From the NCBI GenBank assembly GCA_021683455.1, contig GCA_021683455.1_3051.1: 64,000 nt of DNA; one strand, given 5' to 3'. Positions 34,384 through 44,086 of the stretch are shown here, in pieces. The DNA comes from a phage. The position numbers and the translations under genes were made by a program. Below the pieces are notes generated by a model. It was not told the DNA's origin. It saw nothing but the letters and a program-made list of their open reading frames with translations, and made no database searches. How positions within the stretch are numbered: the stretch's first letter is position 1; every line of letters starts with the position of its first letter.

Positions 34384-34626
34384 TCAGACAGACTTTTTCA
34401 CAATTTTCCAATCAGCTTTAAACTGATCAACGTCAGAATGGTAAATCCAGAATCCTGCGCTTTCTCCGTCTTCATAAAGAGGACATCCATCGCATTCATC
34501 TTCCCATCCCATATCACGTAAAAGATGTTCAGCTTTTTCAATGAGTTCAGAATCTTTACCGATGATATTAAAATACCATTTACCTCTAACTTCTGAATCT
34601 TTAATGCTCTGGCGTTGTAATCTCAT
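34384..34626 (-). CDS. Hypothetical protein (80 aa)
   Basis: ORF downstream of early promoter 34655-34684 with SD GAGGAG. Confidence 0.55.
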   Translation of the reverse strand: MRLQRQSIKDSEVRGKWYFNIIGKDSELIEKAEHLLRDMGWEDECDGCPLYEDGESAGFWIYHSDVDQFKADWKIVKKSV

Positions 34627-34654
34627 TTTATTCTCCTCAGTAGTTGATAGGGTA

Positions 34655-34684
34655 ATAGTATCACACTACTACCCTGTTGTAAAC
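34655..34684 (-). promoter_or_regulatory. Early promoter (GTTTAC-N18-TACTAT)
   Basis: Same module including conserved leader TATCAACTACTGAGGAG. Confidence 0.6.
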
Positions 34685-34686
34685 AA

Positions 34687-34989
34687 TTATTTTTGAATTT
34701 TATCGAGCCACTTACCAAGCTTAATCATTTCTTTAGTAGCCTTTTCCATACTTCTGAACTTAACCAATAGAGGATAGGTATCGACACCCATAACTAAATT
34801 GGTTGCAAGACTGTGTTCACCCACAAGCCATAACGAATACGTTTGAATATCGAGCCCGTAATTTCTGTCTTTATGGACCCGTACACCCATCACTTCAAAT
34901 TTCTCACTAGCTTTTTCTACCGCATCCAGGAAATCATCTTTAGTCATATTAGGCCTTGAAAGTTTTTCGCAAAAGTTCAATGATTTCAT
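34687..34989 (-). CDS. Hypothetical protein (100 aa)
   Basis: Collinear ORF. Confidence 0.55.
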   Translation of the reverse strand: MKSLNFCEKLSRPNMTKDDFLDAVEKASEKFEVMGVRVHKDRNYGLDIQTYSLWLVGEHSLATNLVMGVDTYPLLVKFRSMEKATKEMIKLGKWLDKIQK

Positions 34990-35335
34990 CTACATTGTTT
35001 TCGTCAACAATGCAGTGAATTTTTGTTACGCCAGAAACTATACCTTCATTAGCGGATTGAGGCTTTTCTAAAGTTACCTCAGTAAAGTATTTGAATTCTT
35101 CAGAGTAAATCTCAAAATACGTCTCAAGTGGGCCACCCGCCATGTATTCAGTGCCGTCTTCCATAGTTACACGTACCACACAGTCACCAGCACAATCATC
35201 ACTTTCTATTTCATCTACAACAAAACTAGGTCCGTGCTTCTCTATTAAATTTAGCATCATTACATTGCAACGGCACTCGTTAGCAAAGTCATTTTTAAAT
35301 AAAGGGTTAATGATATAAGTTTTTCCAACTTCCAC
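34949..35335 (-). CDS. Hypothetical protein (128 aa)
   Basis: Collinear ORF. Confidence 0.55.
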   Translation of the reverse strand: MEVGKTYIINPLFKNDFANECRCNVMMLNLIEKHGPSFVVDEIESDDCAGDCVVRVTMEDGTEYMAGGPLETYFEIYSEEFKYFTEVTLEKPQSANEGIVSGVTKIHCIVDENNVDEIIELLRKTFKA

Positions 35336-35379
35336 TTTGATTTCCTCATTTTAACGGGGCTATAATAGCCCCTTGATAA

Positions 35380-35610
35380 TTATTGTTCAATCAGTCCCAT
35401 GTAAAATTCTGCGTCTTCAGAATCCATGCCATCACAATATTCATTAGCCATAAAGCGGGTAAGGTCTTCAAGAGGACCTTCAATGACAATAGAAAAATTG
35501 CAATAATTGGGATCATCATGAATACTTGTGATACTAAGTTCAGGATAACGATTACGAATAATCTCTTCAATATATTCAAAATCAACGATGTCAATATCAA
35601 CTTTAGCCAT
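35380..35610 (-). CDS. Hypothetical acidic protein (76 aa)
   Basis: Track ORF to 35736 reads through promoter and terminator; internal ATG at 35610 (MAKVDIDIV..) has SD AAGAGGAA. Confidence 0.55.
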   Translation of the reverse strand: MAKVDIDIVDFEYIEEIIRNRYPELSITSIHDDPNYCNFSIVIEGPLEDLTRFMANEYCDGMDSEDAEFYMGLIEQ

Positions 35611-35653
35611 ATTATTTTCCTCTTTAATCATCAGCAGTATTGCCGATAGTTGT

Positions 35654-35683
35654 ATAGTACCATAAAGCCTTATGTTTGTAAAC
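35654..35683 (-). promoter_or_regulatory. Early promoter (GTTTAC-N18-TACTAT)
   Basis: Near-identical to 52348-52377, including an upstream A/T-rich tract. Confidence 0.6.
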
Positions 35684-35715
35684 CGTTTTGTGAAAAAAAT
35701 TTTGAAATAAAAAAA

Positions 35716-35734
35716 GGGGACCTCTAGGGTCCCC
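35716..35734. terminator. Terminator hairpin GGGGACC-UCUA-GGGTCCCC downstream of gene 32
   Basis: 7/8-bp GC stem flanked by A-run and T-run. Confidence 0.6.
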
Positions 35735-35756
35735 AATTAATTAGTAATATAATCTA

Positions 35757-36665
35757 TTAAAGGTCATTCAAAAGGTCATCCAGGTCCGTGTCATCAGCAC
35801 TAGATGAACTGCCAGAGCTTGAGCTCATAAAATCATCTTCAGTTTTTGTATTGAAGTCATCAACATTGAATGCATCCAAATCATCAGCAACTTTATCGGC
35901 TTTCTTAGCAGCAGTTGCTGCGGCACCACCCATAGCAGCAGTTCCCATAACTTGACTGAACTTAGTGCTCAGTTCTTCAAACGATTTGAATTTATCTTTA
36001 GAAGTCATTTCAGAAAGGTCAACCATTTGTTCGAACAGTTCTTTCTGGAAAGATTCATCGTCAATGTTTGGAATCGCAGATTGATTCAGGAATTTAGATT
36101 CGTCGTAGTTACTAAATCCAGAAACTTGTTTAACTTTCAGTACAAAGTTAGCACCTTCCCACGGACAAGTTACATCAACCGGAGTTTCACCCATTTCAAC
36201 ATCAACTGCAATCATTGCATTGATTTTATCCCAGATTTTCTTGCCGAAACGGTATTTAAATACTTTACCTTCGTTTTCTGGAGCAGCTGGGTCTTTTACT
36301 ACAAGAATGTTAGCCCAGTAAGAAGTTTTACGTTTAACAAGACCGTACTCTTTATTGTCAGTGTTGTACAAATCATTTTTACTGATGTACTGACATACTG
36401 GACAAGAATCGTAATCACCGTGGGTAGATGAACAGTTTTCAATATACCATTTACCATTTTTCTTGAAACCGTGATTTACAAGAATTGCGAATGGTGCTTG
36501 TTCATCATTTTTAGACGGAAGAAAACGAATTACTGCTTGACCGTTACCCGCATTGTCGAGTTTCAGTTTCCACTCGCCTTTATCTTCAGAAGAAAAACCA
36601 CCTTTATTTCCAGCCAGTTTAGCCATTTGTGCAGCGAGTTCAGCAGTAGATTTACGTTTAAACAT
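35757..36665 (-). CDS. 32: Single-stranded DNA-binding protein gp32
   Basis: 302-aa [40 protein letters not shown].. with acidic C-terminal tail; T4 gp32. Confidence 0.95.
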   Translation of the reverse strand: MFKRKSTAELAAQMAKLAGNKGGFSSEDKGEWKLKLDNAGNGQAVIRFLPSKNDEQAPFAILVNHGFKKNGKWYIENCSSTHGDYDSCPVCQYISKNDLYNTDNKEYGLVKRKTSYWANILVVKDPAAPENEGKVFKYRFGKKIWDKINAMIAVDVEMGETPVDVTCPWEGANFVLKVKQVSGFSNYDESKFLNQSAIPNIDDESFQKELFEQMVDLSEMTSKDKFKSFEELSTKFSQVMGTAAMGGAAATAAKKADKVADDLDAFNVDDFNTKTEDDFMSSSSGSSSSADDTDLDDLLNDL

Positions 36666-36697
36666 TTTTATTTCCTTTTTAATTTAATTAACAGTTG

Positions 36698-36730
36698 GTG
36701 CTATGACGATGTATGACCTCATAGCTGGTC
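36698..36730 (-). promoter_or_regulatory. Gene 32 translational-operator pseudoknot
   Basis: Minus-strand GACCAGCUAUGAGGUCAUACAUCGUCAUAGCAC: stems GACC/GGUC and AGCUAUGA/UCAUAGCU interleave; followed by an unstructured A/U-rich tract up to the gene 32 ATG. Confidence 0.65.
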
Positions 36731-36748
36731 AGTGAGATAATTATAATC

Positions 36749-36756
36749 TATTTATA
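36749..36756 (-). promoter_or_regulatory. Late promoter TATAAATA upstream of gene 32
   Basis: Exact minus-strand TATAAATA in the 59-32 intergenic region. Confidence 0.5.
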
Positions 36757-36764
36757 ATAAGCAA

Positions 36765-37418
36765 TTAATACTTACAAGATTTCACAGTTTCAATAAAAAC
36801 TTTTTTAGCTTCCTGTGAATCGATATTTAAAATTTTTCTATAAGCCTTTAACTTTATAGAATAATTATTCCAGACTAAATTATCAGTCTGTTCATCATGT
36901 TTATCAATTATATTTAAAAACGAATCAAGCAAGATAAACGTCTCAAACGAAATTATGTTCGACTGAAGCAGTTTAAAAATATAACTTGATTGAACTTTTG
37001 GATTATACTCAAAAATTTCTTTAAAAGCAGAAACTTCAACTTTTTTACTAAAATAATAAATGTTGCGAATATCTTCTTCAAACTTAAATTTAATTTGCTT
37101 TAAGCGTCCGATATATTCACGATAAAACACAAGTGCATCAGCATCAGAGATGTCGCCAATCCAAGCATCTTGGTTAGCTACAAGATTGCTAATAAAAATT
37201 AAAGTCAATTCTTTTAATTTATACTTTTCTGATAGCTTTTGGAAAAAATACTTATCTCTTCGTTTTTGATAAGCGGCATCAGACACCCGCATGCACCAAT
37301 TGTACTTAATAACATCATATTTTCCATTCATATGTTGTTTTATCATTAAGTATAATTTATAAACTGATTTACCATCAATATATCTTTCACCACCAGCAGG
37401 CATGCGGAGTTTAATCAT
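36765..37418 (-). CDS. 59: Helicase loader gp59
   Basis: 217-aa ORF; T4 gp59 length and position. Confidence 0.85.
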   Translation of the reverse strand: MIKLRMPAGGERYIDGKSVYKLYLMIKQHMNGKYDVIKYNWCMRVSDAAYQKRRDKYFFQKLSEKYKLKELTLIFISNLVANQDAWIGDISDADALVFYREYIGRLKQIKFKFEEDIRNIYYFSKKVEVSAFKEIFEYNPKVQSSYIFKLLQSNIISFETFILLDSFLNIIDKHDEQTDNLVWNNYSIKLKAYRKILNIDSQEAKKVFIETVKSCKY

Positions 37419-37753
37419 AGCAGAAAGTCTAACGTATTCGTTTTTTCACATCTAACAACAGAAGGGCGTAAAAGATTTTCGTCAATAGCTTCTGATTGAA
37501 TTTTTTCAATTATACCCGAAGGAATAAATTTAGCAAATTGAGTTTCAGGAATAGAGTTTTCTTCCAAGAATGCTGTCGTAGCTTCAAGATAACTCATTCC
37601 AAACTCTTCTACCATTTTTTCAATAATAAATCCATTTTCTTGACGATCAAGAAGCTTTGCTATTTCATCCTTTTCTTTCTTGATTGAAAGTTCTTTTTCT
37701 GAAAGACCGGTCTCATCGACCGGACGAATATCATTTAGAGAAAACTGTGTCAT
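37415..37753 (-). CDS. 33: Late transcription co-activator gp33
   Basis: MTQFSLNDIRPVDETGLSEKELS.. from ATG 37753 gives 112 aa (track ORF starts 3 codons earlier). Confidence 0.85.
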   Translation of the reverse strand: MTQFSLNDIRPVDETGLSEKELSIKKEKDEIAKLLDRQENGFIIEKMVEEFGMSYLEATTAFLEENSIPETQFAKFIPSGIIEKIQSEAIDENLLRPSVVRCEKTNTLDFLL

Positions 37754-38000
37754 AAAGTTCAACTACCTCTTCAGTTTCAGCTTCAAACACATCACGGTTA
37801 TCTTTATGATATAGAGCTAATAGACGATTAAACATCTTGCCGTCAACACCAAGTTCATCTTTAGCACGAATTCGAATATCTTTAATCAATTCATTATAAC
37901 CGGAAATTTTCAGTTTATGATCAGATGCTTCTTTAATAAATTTAGCCAAGTCTTCGCCATGGATAGCTTCATCAAATTCAACCATTTCTTTTTTAGCCAT
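37731..38000 (-). CDS. dsbA: DsbA double-stranded DNA-binding protein
   Basis: 89-aa ORF; T4 DsbA length and position. Confidence 0.8.
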   Translation of the reverse strand: MAKKEMVEFDEAIHGEDLAKFIKEASDHKLKISGYNELIKDIRIRAKDELGVDGKMFNRLLALYHKDNRDVFEAETEEVVELYDTVFSK

Positions 38001-38008
38001 TATTCACC

Positions 38009-38926
38009 TCAAAATTCATTAATGCTATTAGTTAATTTAGAAAGACCCGCTTTTACAAAATATGAATAAATTTTGCCACGCGGTGGTAATTTATATGAAT
38101 TATAGTAATTCACAATGTTTGAAGCAATATTATCAGGAATATAATCAAAATCAATTAGAACTAAATTTTCTTTATAACGATTATATTCAGATTCTGTGAG
38201 AAGCACCTTAGCTTGCTCACGGTCATTAGCAATAGCTTCAACGATTGAAGTTTTCATTGAAGGGGTTCGTTCACCTTCAACTTTGGTAAACCAAAAGTCA
38301 GATCGTACTTTAACTGAAGCAACGTTATCCTTTTTGTCGCCCTTAAGGATTTTAGTCATACAGTCAATTTCAGCAGAACCGCTTTTAATTTTAACCCATT
38401 TCTTGTGCATCGGTGACCATTGCTTAACATTTGGGTATTTGTGAAGTTGAGTAAAGTCACCATCCGATGAAATGATTAAAATCTTGTGTCCTTCTAAAGA
38501 GAACTTTTTAACAAGAACAGCAATGTGGTCATCTGCTTCATACTTATCGATATCCATAACAATGTATGGCATATAAGCTTTCAATTCATCTATAACTTTG
38601 TGGCTGGATTCAAAATAACCTTCCCAGTCCCAAGTCGATTCTTCTCGTGCTTTTCCACGGTTTTTCTTATAATAATAAGCGAAATCACGACGCCAGTATC
38701 CAGATTTCGCGTTATCAATACACAGTACAATTTTAGTGTATCCAAGAGTTTTTGCTTTTTTGACATTAAACTTAATTGAGTTCAATATCAAATGACGAAC
38801 CATTGATAAATTAATTTTTTCTTTATCTGGGAAGTTTACTAAAGCAGTTGAAAGCGCAATTTGACTAAAGTCAATAAAGCAAATTCCTTCTTTGTAATCT
38901 TCATCCAGCATCATTTCTAAATCCAT
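38009..38926 (-). CDS. rnh: RNase H (5-prime to 3-prime exonuclease / flap endonuclease)
   Basis: MDLEMMLDEDYKEGICFIDFSQIAL.. from ATG 38926 gives 305 aa as in T4 RNase H. Confidence 0.9.
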   Translation of the reverse strand: MDLEMMLDEDYKEGICFIDFSQIALSTALVNFPDKEKINLSMVRHLILNSIKFNVKKAKTLGYTKIVLCIDNAKSGYWRRDFAYYYKKNRGKAREESTWDWEGYFESSHKVIDELKAYMPYIVMDIDKYEADDHIAVLVKKFSLEGHKILIISSDGDFTQLHKYPNVKQWSPMHKKWVKIKSGSAEIDCMTKILKGDKKDNVASVKVRSDFWFTKVEGERTPSMKTSIVEAIANDREQAKVLLTESEYNRYKENLVLIDFDYIPDNIASNIVNYYNSYKLPPRGKIYSYFVKAGLSKLTNSINEF

Positions 38927-38955
38927 ATGAACCTCGTTCAATTAGTGAGATTTCT

Positions 38956-38985
38956 ATTATATACCATCCAAATCTTAAAGTAAAC
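38956..38985 (-). promoter_or_regulatory. Early promoter (GTTTAC-N18-TATAAT) for rnh
   Basis: Same 30-nt architecture, in the rnh-34 intergenic region. Confidence 0.5.
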
Positions 38986-38988
38986 AAG

Positions 38989-38996
38989 TATAAATA
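38989..38996 (+). promoter_or_regulatory. Late promoter TATAAATA for gene 34
   Basis: Exact TATAAATA 35 nt upstream of gp34 ATG, SD GGAG. Confidence 0.6.
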
Positions 38997-39030
38997 CTTA
39001 TTATTGAAAACACAATAGGAGCCCGGGAGA

Positions 39031-42000
39031 ATGGCCGAGATTAAAAGAAAGTTCAGAGCAGAAGACGGTCTGGACGCAGGTGGTGATAAAATAATCAACG
39101 TAGCTTTAGCTGATCGTACCGTAGGAACTGACGGTGTTAACGTTGATTACTTAATTCAAGAAAACACAGTTCAACAATATGATCCAACTCGTGGATACTT
39201 AAAAGATTTTGTAATCATTTATGATAACCGCTTTTGGGCTGCTATAAATGATATTCCAAAACCAGCAGGAGCTTTTAATAGCGTACGCTGGAGAGCATTA
39301 CGTACTGATGCAAACTGGACAACTGTTTCGTCAGGACCTTATCAATTAAAATCAGGCGAATCGATTTCAGTTAACACCGCAGCGGGTAATGACATTACAT
39401 TTACTTTGCCATCTTCTCCAATTGATGGTGATACTATCGTTCTCCAAGATATTGGAGGAAAACCTGGAGTTAACCAGGTTTTAATTACAGCTCCGGTACA
39501 AAGCATTGTAAACTTTAGAGGTCAACAAGTACGCTCAGTACTAATGACTCATCCAAAATCACAGATAGTTTTAATTTTTAGTAATCGTCTGTGGCAAATG
39601 TATGTTGCTGATTATAGCAGAGAAGCGGCAGTTGTAACGCCAGCGAGTCTTTATCAAGCGCAATCAAACGATTTTATCGTGCGTAGATTTACTTCTGCTT
39701 CAGCAATTAATATTAAACTTCCTAGATTTGCTAATCATGGGGATATTATTAATTTTGTTGATTTAGATAAATTAAATCCGTTATATCATACTATCGTTAC
39801 TACATACGATGAAACGACTTCAGTACAAGAAGTTGGAACTCATTCCATTGAAGGCCGTACATCTATTGATGGTTTCTTGATGTTTGATGATAATGAGAAA
39901 TTGTGGAGATTGTTTGACGGGGATAGTAAAGCACGTTTACGCATTATAACGACTAATTCTAATATTCGTCCAAATGAAGAAGTCATGGTATTTGGCGCGA
40001 ATAATGGAACAACCCAAACAATTGAACTTCAGCTTCCAACTGATATTTCTATCGGTGATACTGTTAAAATTTCCATGAATTACATGAGAAAAGGACAAAC
40101 AGTTAAAATCAAAGCTGCCGGTGAAGATAAAATTGCTTCTTCAGTTCAATTGCTGCAATTCCCAAAACGTTCAGAATATCCACCTGAAACTAAATGGGTG
40201 ACTGTTCAAGAATTAGTTTTTAATGGCGAAACCAATTATGTTCCAGTTTTACAGCTTGCTTATATCGAAGATTCCGATGGAAAATATTGGGTTGTACAGC
40301 AAAACGTTCCAACTGTAGAAAGAGTAGACTCTTTAAATAATTCTACTAGAGCAAGATTAGGCGTAATTGCTTTAGCTACACAGGCTCAAGCTAATGCTGA
40401 TTTAGAAAATTCTCCACAAAAAGAATTAGCAATTACTCCAGAAACGTTAGCTAATCGTACTGCTACAGAAACTCGTAGAGGTATTGCAAGAATAGCAACT
40501 ACTGCCCAAGTGAACCAGGATACTACATTCTCTTTTGCTGATGACCTTATCATCACTCCTAAAAAGTTGAATGAAAGAACTGCTACAGAAACTCGTAGGG
40601 GTGTCGCTGAAATTGCTACGCAGCAAGAAACTAATACAGGGACCGATGATACTACAATCATTACTCCTAAAAAGCTTCAAGCTCGCCAAGGTTCTGAATC
40701 ATTATCTGGTATTGTAACTTTTGTATCTACTGCAGGTGCTACTCCGGCTTCTAGCCGTGAATTAAATGGTACAAATGTTTATAATAAAAACACTAATAAT
40801 TTAGTTGTTTCGCCAAAAGCTTTGGACCAGTATAAAGCTACTCCTACTCAACAGGGTGCAGTAATTTTAGCAGTTGAAAGTGAAGTAATTGCTGGTCAAA
40901 GTCAAGAAGGATGGGCAAATGCTGTTGTAACTCCAGAAACGTTACACAAAAAGACATCAACTGATGGAAGAATTGGTTTAATTGAAATTGCTACACAAAG
41001 TGAAGTTAATACAGGAACTGATTATACTCGTGCAGTCACTCCTAAAACTTTAAATGACCGTAGAGCAACTGAAAGTTTAAGTGGTATAGCTGAAATTGCT
41101 ACACAAGTTGAATTCGACGCAGGCGTCGACGATACTCGTATCTCTACACCATTAAAAATTAAAACTAGATTTAATAGTACTGATCGTACTTCTGTTGTTG
41201 CTCTATCTGGATTAGTTGAATCAGGAACTCTCTGGGACCATTATACCCTTAATATTCTTGAAGCAAATGAGACACAACGTGGTACACTTCGTGTGGCTAC
41301 ACAAGTTGAAGCTGCTGCTGGAAAATTAGATAATGTTTTAATAACTCCTAAAAAGCTTTTAGGTACTAAATCTACTGAAGCACAAGAAGGTGTTATTAAA
41401 GTTGCAACACAAACCGAAACTGTTGCTGGAACATCGGCAAATACTGCTGTATCTCCAAAAAATTTAAAATGGATTGTGCAGAGTGAACCTACTTGGGCAG
41501 CTACTACTGCGATAAGAGGTTTTGTTAAAACTTCATCTGGTTCAATTACATTTGTCGGTAATGATACAGTCGGTTCTACCCAAGATTTAGAACTGTATGA
41601 GAAAAATAGCTATGCAGTATCACCATACGAATTAAACCGTGTATTAGCAAATTATTTGCCATTAAAAGCAAAAGCTACAGATAGTAATTTATTGGATGGT
41701 CTAGATTCATCTCAGTTCATTCGTAGGGACATTGCGCAGACGGTTAATGGTTCACTAACCTTAACCCAACAAACGAATCTGAGTGCCCCTCTTGTATCAT
41801 CTAGTACTGCTACGTTCGGTGGATCAGTTTCAGCAAATAGTACATTAACTATTTCTAATACTGGAACAGCAACTCGATTGATTTTTGAGAAAGGACCTCA
41901 AACTGGAACAAACCCAGCCCAAACGATGACTGTTAGAGTGTGGGGAAATCAATTTAGTGGGGAATTAGATACAACACGTTCTACCGTATTTGAAGTTAGT

Positions 42001-42900
42001 GATGAAACATCTAGTCATTTTTATTCTCAGCGCAATAAAGCTGGAAATATAACATTTAATATCAACGGTACAGTAACACCGATAAATGTTAATGCTTCAG
42101 GAACATTGAATGCAAATGGCGTAGCAACATTTGGTAATTCAGTCACTGCAACTGGTGAAATTATTTCTCGAAGCGCAAATGCTTTCCGTGCTATTAACGG
42201 AAATTATGGTTTCATTGTTCGCAATGATGGATCAGTAACGAATTTTATGCTTACTGCATCGGGTGATCAGACTGGTGGATTTAATGGATTACGTCCTTTG
42301 GCTATTAATAATGCATCTGGTCAAGTAACGATTGGTGAAAGCTTAATCATCGCCAAAGGTGCTACTATAAATTCTGGTGGTTTAACTGTTAATTCGAGAA
42401 TTCGTTCTCAAGGTACTAAAACTTCTGATTTATATACCCGTGCGCCAACATCTGATACTGTAGGATTCTGGTCAATTGATATTAATGATTCAGCTACTTA
42501 TAACCAGTTCCCAGGTTATTTTAAAATGGTTGAAAAAACTAATGAAGTGACTGGTCTTCCATATTTAGAACGTGGCGAAGAAGTTAAATCTCCTGGTACA
42601 TTGACTCAGTTTGGTAACACACTTGATTCGCTTTATCAAGATTGGATTACTTATCCAACGACGCCAGAAGCGCGTACCACTCGTTGGACCCGCACATGGC
42701 AGAAAACCAAAAATTCTTGGTCAAGTTTTGTTCAGGTATTTGATGGAGGTAACCCTCCTCAACCGTCTGATATCGGTGCTTTACCATCTGATAATGCTAC
42801 AATGGGTAATCTTACTATTCGTGATTTCTTACGAATTGGTAATGTTCGCATTATTCCTGACCCAGTGAATAAAACTGTTAAATTTGAATGGGTTGAATAA
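39031..42900 (+). CDS. 34: Long tail fiber proximal subunit gp34
   Basis: 1289-aa ORF (T4 gp34 length) with internal fibre repeats. Confidence 0.9.
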   Translation: MAEIKRKFRAEDGLDAGGDKIINVALADRTVGTDGVNVDYLIQENTVQQYDPTRGYLKDFVIIYDNRFWAAINDIPKPAGAFNSVRWRALRTDANWTTVSSGPYQLKSGESISVNTAAGNDITFTLPSSPIDGDTIVLQDIGGKPGVNQVLITAPVQSIVNFRGQQVRSVLMTHPKSQIVLIFSNRLWQMYVADYSREAAVVTPASLYQAQSNDFIVRRFTSASAINIKLPRFANHGDIINFVDLDKLNPLYHTIVTTYDETTSVQEVGTHSIEGRTSIDGFLMFDDNEKLWRLFDGDSKARLRIITTNSNIRPNEEVMVFGANNGTTQTIELQLPTDISIGDTVKISMNYMRKGQTVKIKAAGEDKIASSVQLLQFPKRSEYPPETKWVTVQELVFNGETNYVPVLQLAYIEDSDGKYWVVQQNVPTVERVDSLNNSTRARLGVIALATQAQANADLENSPQKELAITPETLANRTATETRRGIARIATTAQVNQDTTFSFADDLIITPKKLNERTATETRRGVAEIATQQETNTGTDDTTIITPKKLQARQGSESLSGIVTFVSTAGATPASSRELNGTNVYNKNTNNLVVSPKALDQYKATPTQQGAVILAVESEVIAGQSQEGWANAVVTPETLHKKTSTDGRIGLIEIATQSEVNTGTDYTRAVTPKTLNDRRATESLSGIAEIATQVEFDAGVDDTRISTPLKIKTRFNSTDRTSVVALSGLVESGTLWDHYTLNILEANETQRGTLRVATQVEAAAGKLDNVLITPKKLLGTKSTEAQEGVIKVATQTETVAGTSANTAVSPKNLKWIVQSEPTWAATTAIRGFVKTSSGSITFVGNDTVGSTQDLELYEKNSYAVSPYELNRVLANYLPLKAKATDSNLLDGLDSSQFIRRDIAQTVNGSLTLTQQTNLSAPLVSSSTATFGGSVSANSTLTISNTGTATRLIFEKGPQTGTNPAQTMTVRVWGNQFSGELDTTRSTVFEVSDETSSHFYSQRNKAGNITFNINGTVTPINVNASGTLNANGVATFGNSVTATGEIISRSANAFRAINGNYGFIVRNDGSVTNFMLTASGDQTGGFNGLRPLAINNASGQVTIGESLIIAKGATINSGGLTVNSRIRSQGTKTSDLYTRAPTSDTVGFWSIDINDSATYNQFPGYFKMVEKTNEVTGLPYLERGEEVKSPGTLTQFGNTLDSLYQDWITYPTTPEARTTRWTRTWQKTKNSWSSFVQVFDGGNPPQPSDIGALPSDNATMGNLTIRDFLRIGNVRIIPDPVNKTVKFEWVE
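40380..41500 (+). repeat. Degenerate tandem fibre repeats inside gene 34
   Basis: Recurring units such as ITPETLANRTATETRRGIARIATTAQ / ITPKKLNERTATETRRGVAEIATQQE / VTPKTLNDRRATESLSGIAEIATQ, also visible at DNA level. Confidence 0.7.
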
Positions 42901-42908
42901 GAGGTATT

Positions 42909-44024
42909 ATGGAAAAATTTATGGCAGAGTTTGGACAAGGATATGTCCAAACGCCATTTTTATCGGAAAGTAATTCAGTAAGATATAAAATAAGTATAGC
43001 GGGTTCTTGCCCGCTTTCTACCGCAGGACCATACGTTAAATTTCAAGATAATCCTGTAGGAAGTCAAACATTTAGCGCAGGCCTTCATTTAAGAGTTTTT
43101 GACCCTTCCACGGGAGCATTGGTTGATAGTAAGTCATATGTTTTTTCGACTTCAAATGATACTACATCAGCTGCTTTTGTTAGTTTCATGAATTCTTTTT
43201 CAAGCAATAGACTTGTTGCCATATTAACTAGCGGAAAGGTTAATTTTCCTCCTGAAGTAGTATCTTGGTTAAGAACGGCAGGAACATCTGCTTTTCCATC
43301 TGATTCTTTATTGTCAAGATTTGACGTATCATATGCTGCCTTTTACACTTCTTCTAAAAGAGCTATCGCACTAGAGCATGTTAAACTGAGTAACAGAAAA
43401 AGCACAGATGACTATCAAACTATATTAGATGTAGTATTTGATAGTTTAGAAGATGTTGGAGCGACAGGATTTCCTAAAAGAACATATGAAAGCGTTGAGC
43501 AATTTATGTCAGCTGTCGGTGGAACTAATAACGAAATTGCACGTCTACCTACAGCATCTGCAATAAGTAAACTTTCTGACTATAATTTAATTCCTGGAGA
43601 TGTTCTTTATCTTAAAGCACAACTATATGCTGATGCTGATTTATTAGCGTTGGGAACTACTAATATTTCAATTCGTTTTTATAATGCGTCGAATGGATAT
43701 ATTTCCTCTACCCAAGCTGAGTTTACTGGACAAGCTGGGTCATGGGAATTAAAGGAAGATTATGTAGTTATTCCAGAAAATGCAGTAGGATTTACGATAT
43801 ACGCACAGAGAACTGCACAAGCGGGTCAAGGCGGTATGAGAAATTTAAGCTTTTCTGAAGTGTCAAGAAATGGCGGCATTTCAAAACCTGCTGAGTTTGG
43901 CGTCAATGGTATTCGAGTTAATTATATCTGTGAATCTGCTTCACCTCCGGATATAATGGTACTTCCTACGCAAGCATCGTCTAAAACTGGTAAAGTGTTT
44001 GGGCAAGAATTTAGAGAAGTATAA
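42909..44024 (+). CDS. 35: Long tail fiber hinge protein gp35
   Basis: 371-aa ORF; T4 gp35 length and order. Confidence 0.85.
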   Translation: MEKFMAEFGQGYVQTPFLSESNSVRYKISIAGSCPLSTAGPYVKFQDNPVGSQTFSAGLHLRVFDPSTGALVDSKSYVFSTSNDTTSAAFVSFMNSFSSNRLVAILTSGKVNFPPEVVSWLRTAGTSAFPSDSLLSRFDVSYAAFYTSSKRAIALEHVKLSNRKSTDDYQTILDVVFDSLEDVGATGFPKRTYESVEQFMSAVGGTNNEIARLPTASAISKLSDYNLIPGDVLYLKAQLYADADLLALGTTNISIRFYNASNGYISSTQAEFTGQAGSWELKEDYVVIPENAVGFTIYAQRTAQAGQGGMRNLSFSEVSRNGGISKPAEFGVNGIRVNYICESASPPDIMVLPTQASSKTGKVFGQEFREV

Positions 44025-44029
44025 ATTGA

Positions 44030-44047
44030 GGGAGCCTTCGGGTTCCC
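44030..44047. terminator. Stem-loop GGGAGCC-UUCG-GGUUCCC after gene 35
   Basis: GC stem (one G-U pair) with UUCG tetraloop followed by T-run. Confidence 0.5.
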
Positions 44048-44055
44048 TTTTTCTT

Positions 44056-44063
44056 TATAAATA
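44056..44063 (+). promoter_or_regulatory. Late promoter TATAAATA for 36-37-38
   Basis: Exact TATAAATA 24 nt upstream of gp36 ATG. Confidence 0.6.
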
Positions 44064-44086
44064 CTATTAAAATAAAGGGGCATACA

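Noticed and set aside
35380-35736. 118-aa track ORF with N-terminus [26 protein letters not shown]
   Set aside because: The first 42 codons read through a terminator hairpin and the early promoter; the same pseudo-peptide (GTIQLSTTEE-like) appears at the N-termini of the 55341-55589 and 55698-56054 track ORFs. The real starts are internal ATGs preceded by SDs.
40386-40689. Antisense ORFs (91 and 80 aa) inside gene 34
   Set aside because: They lie wholly within the well-supported gp34 reading frame in its repeat region; the low-complexity Ser/Val/Ala-rich translations are typical of antisense frames.
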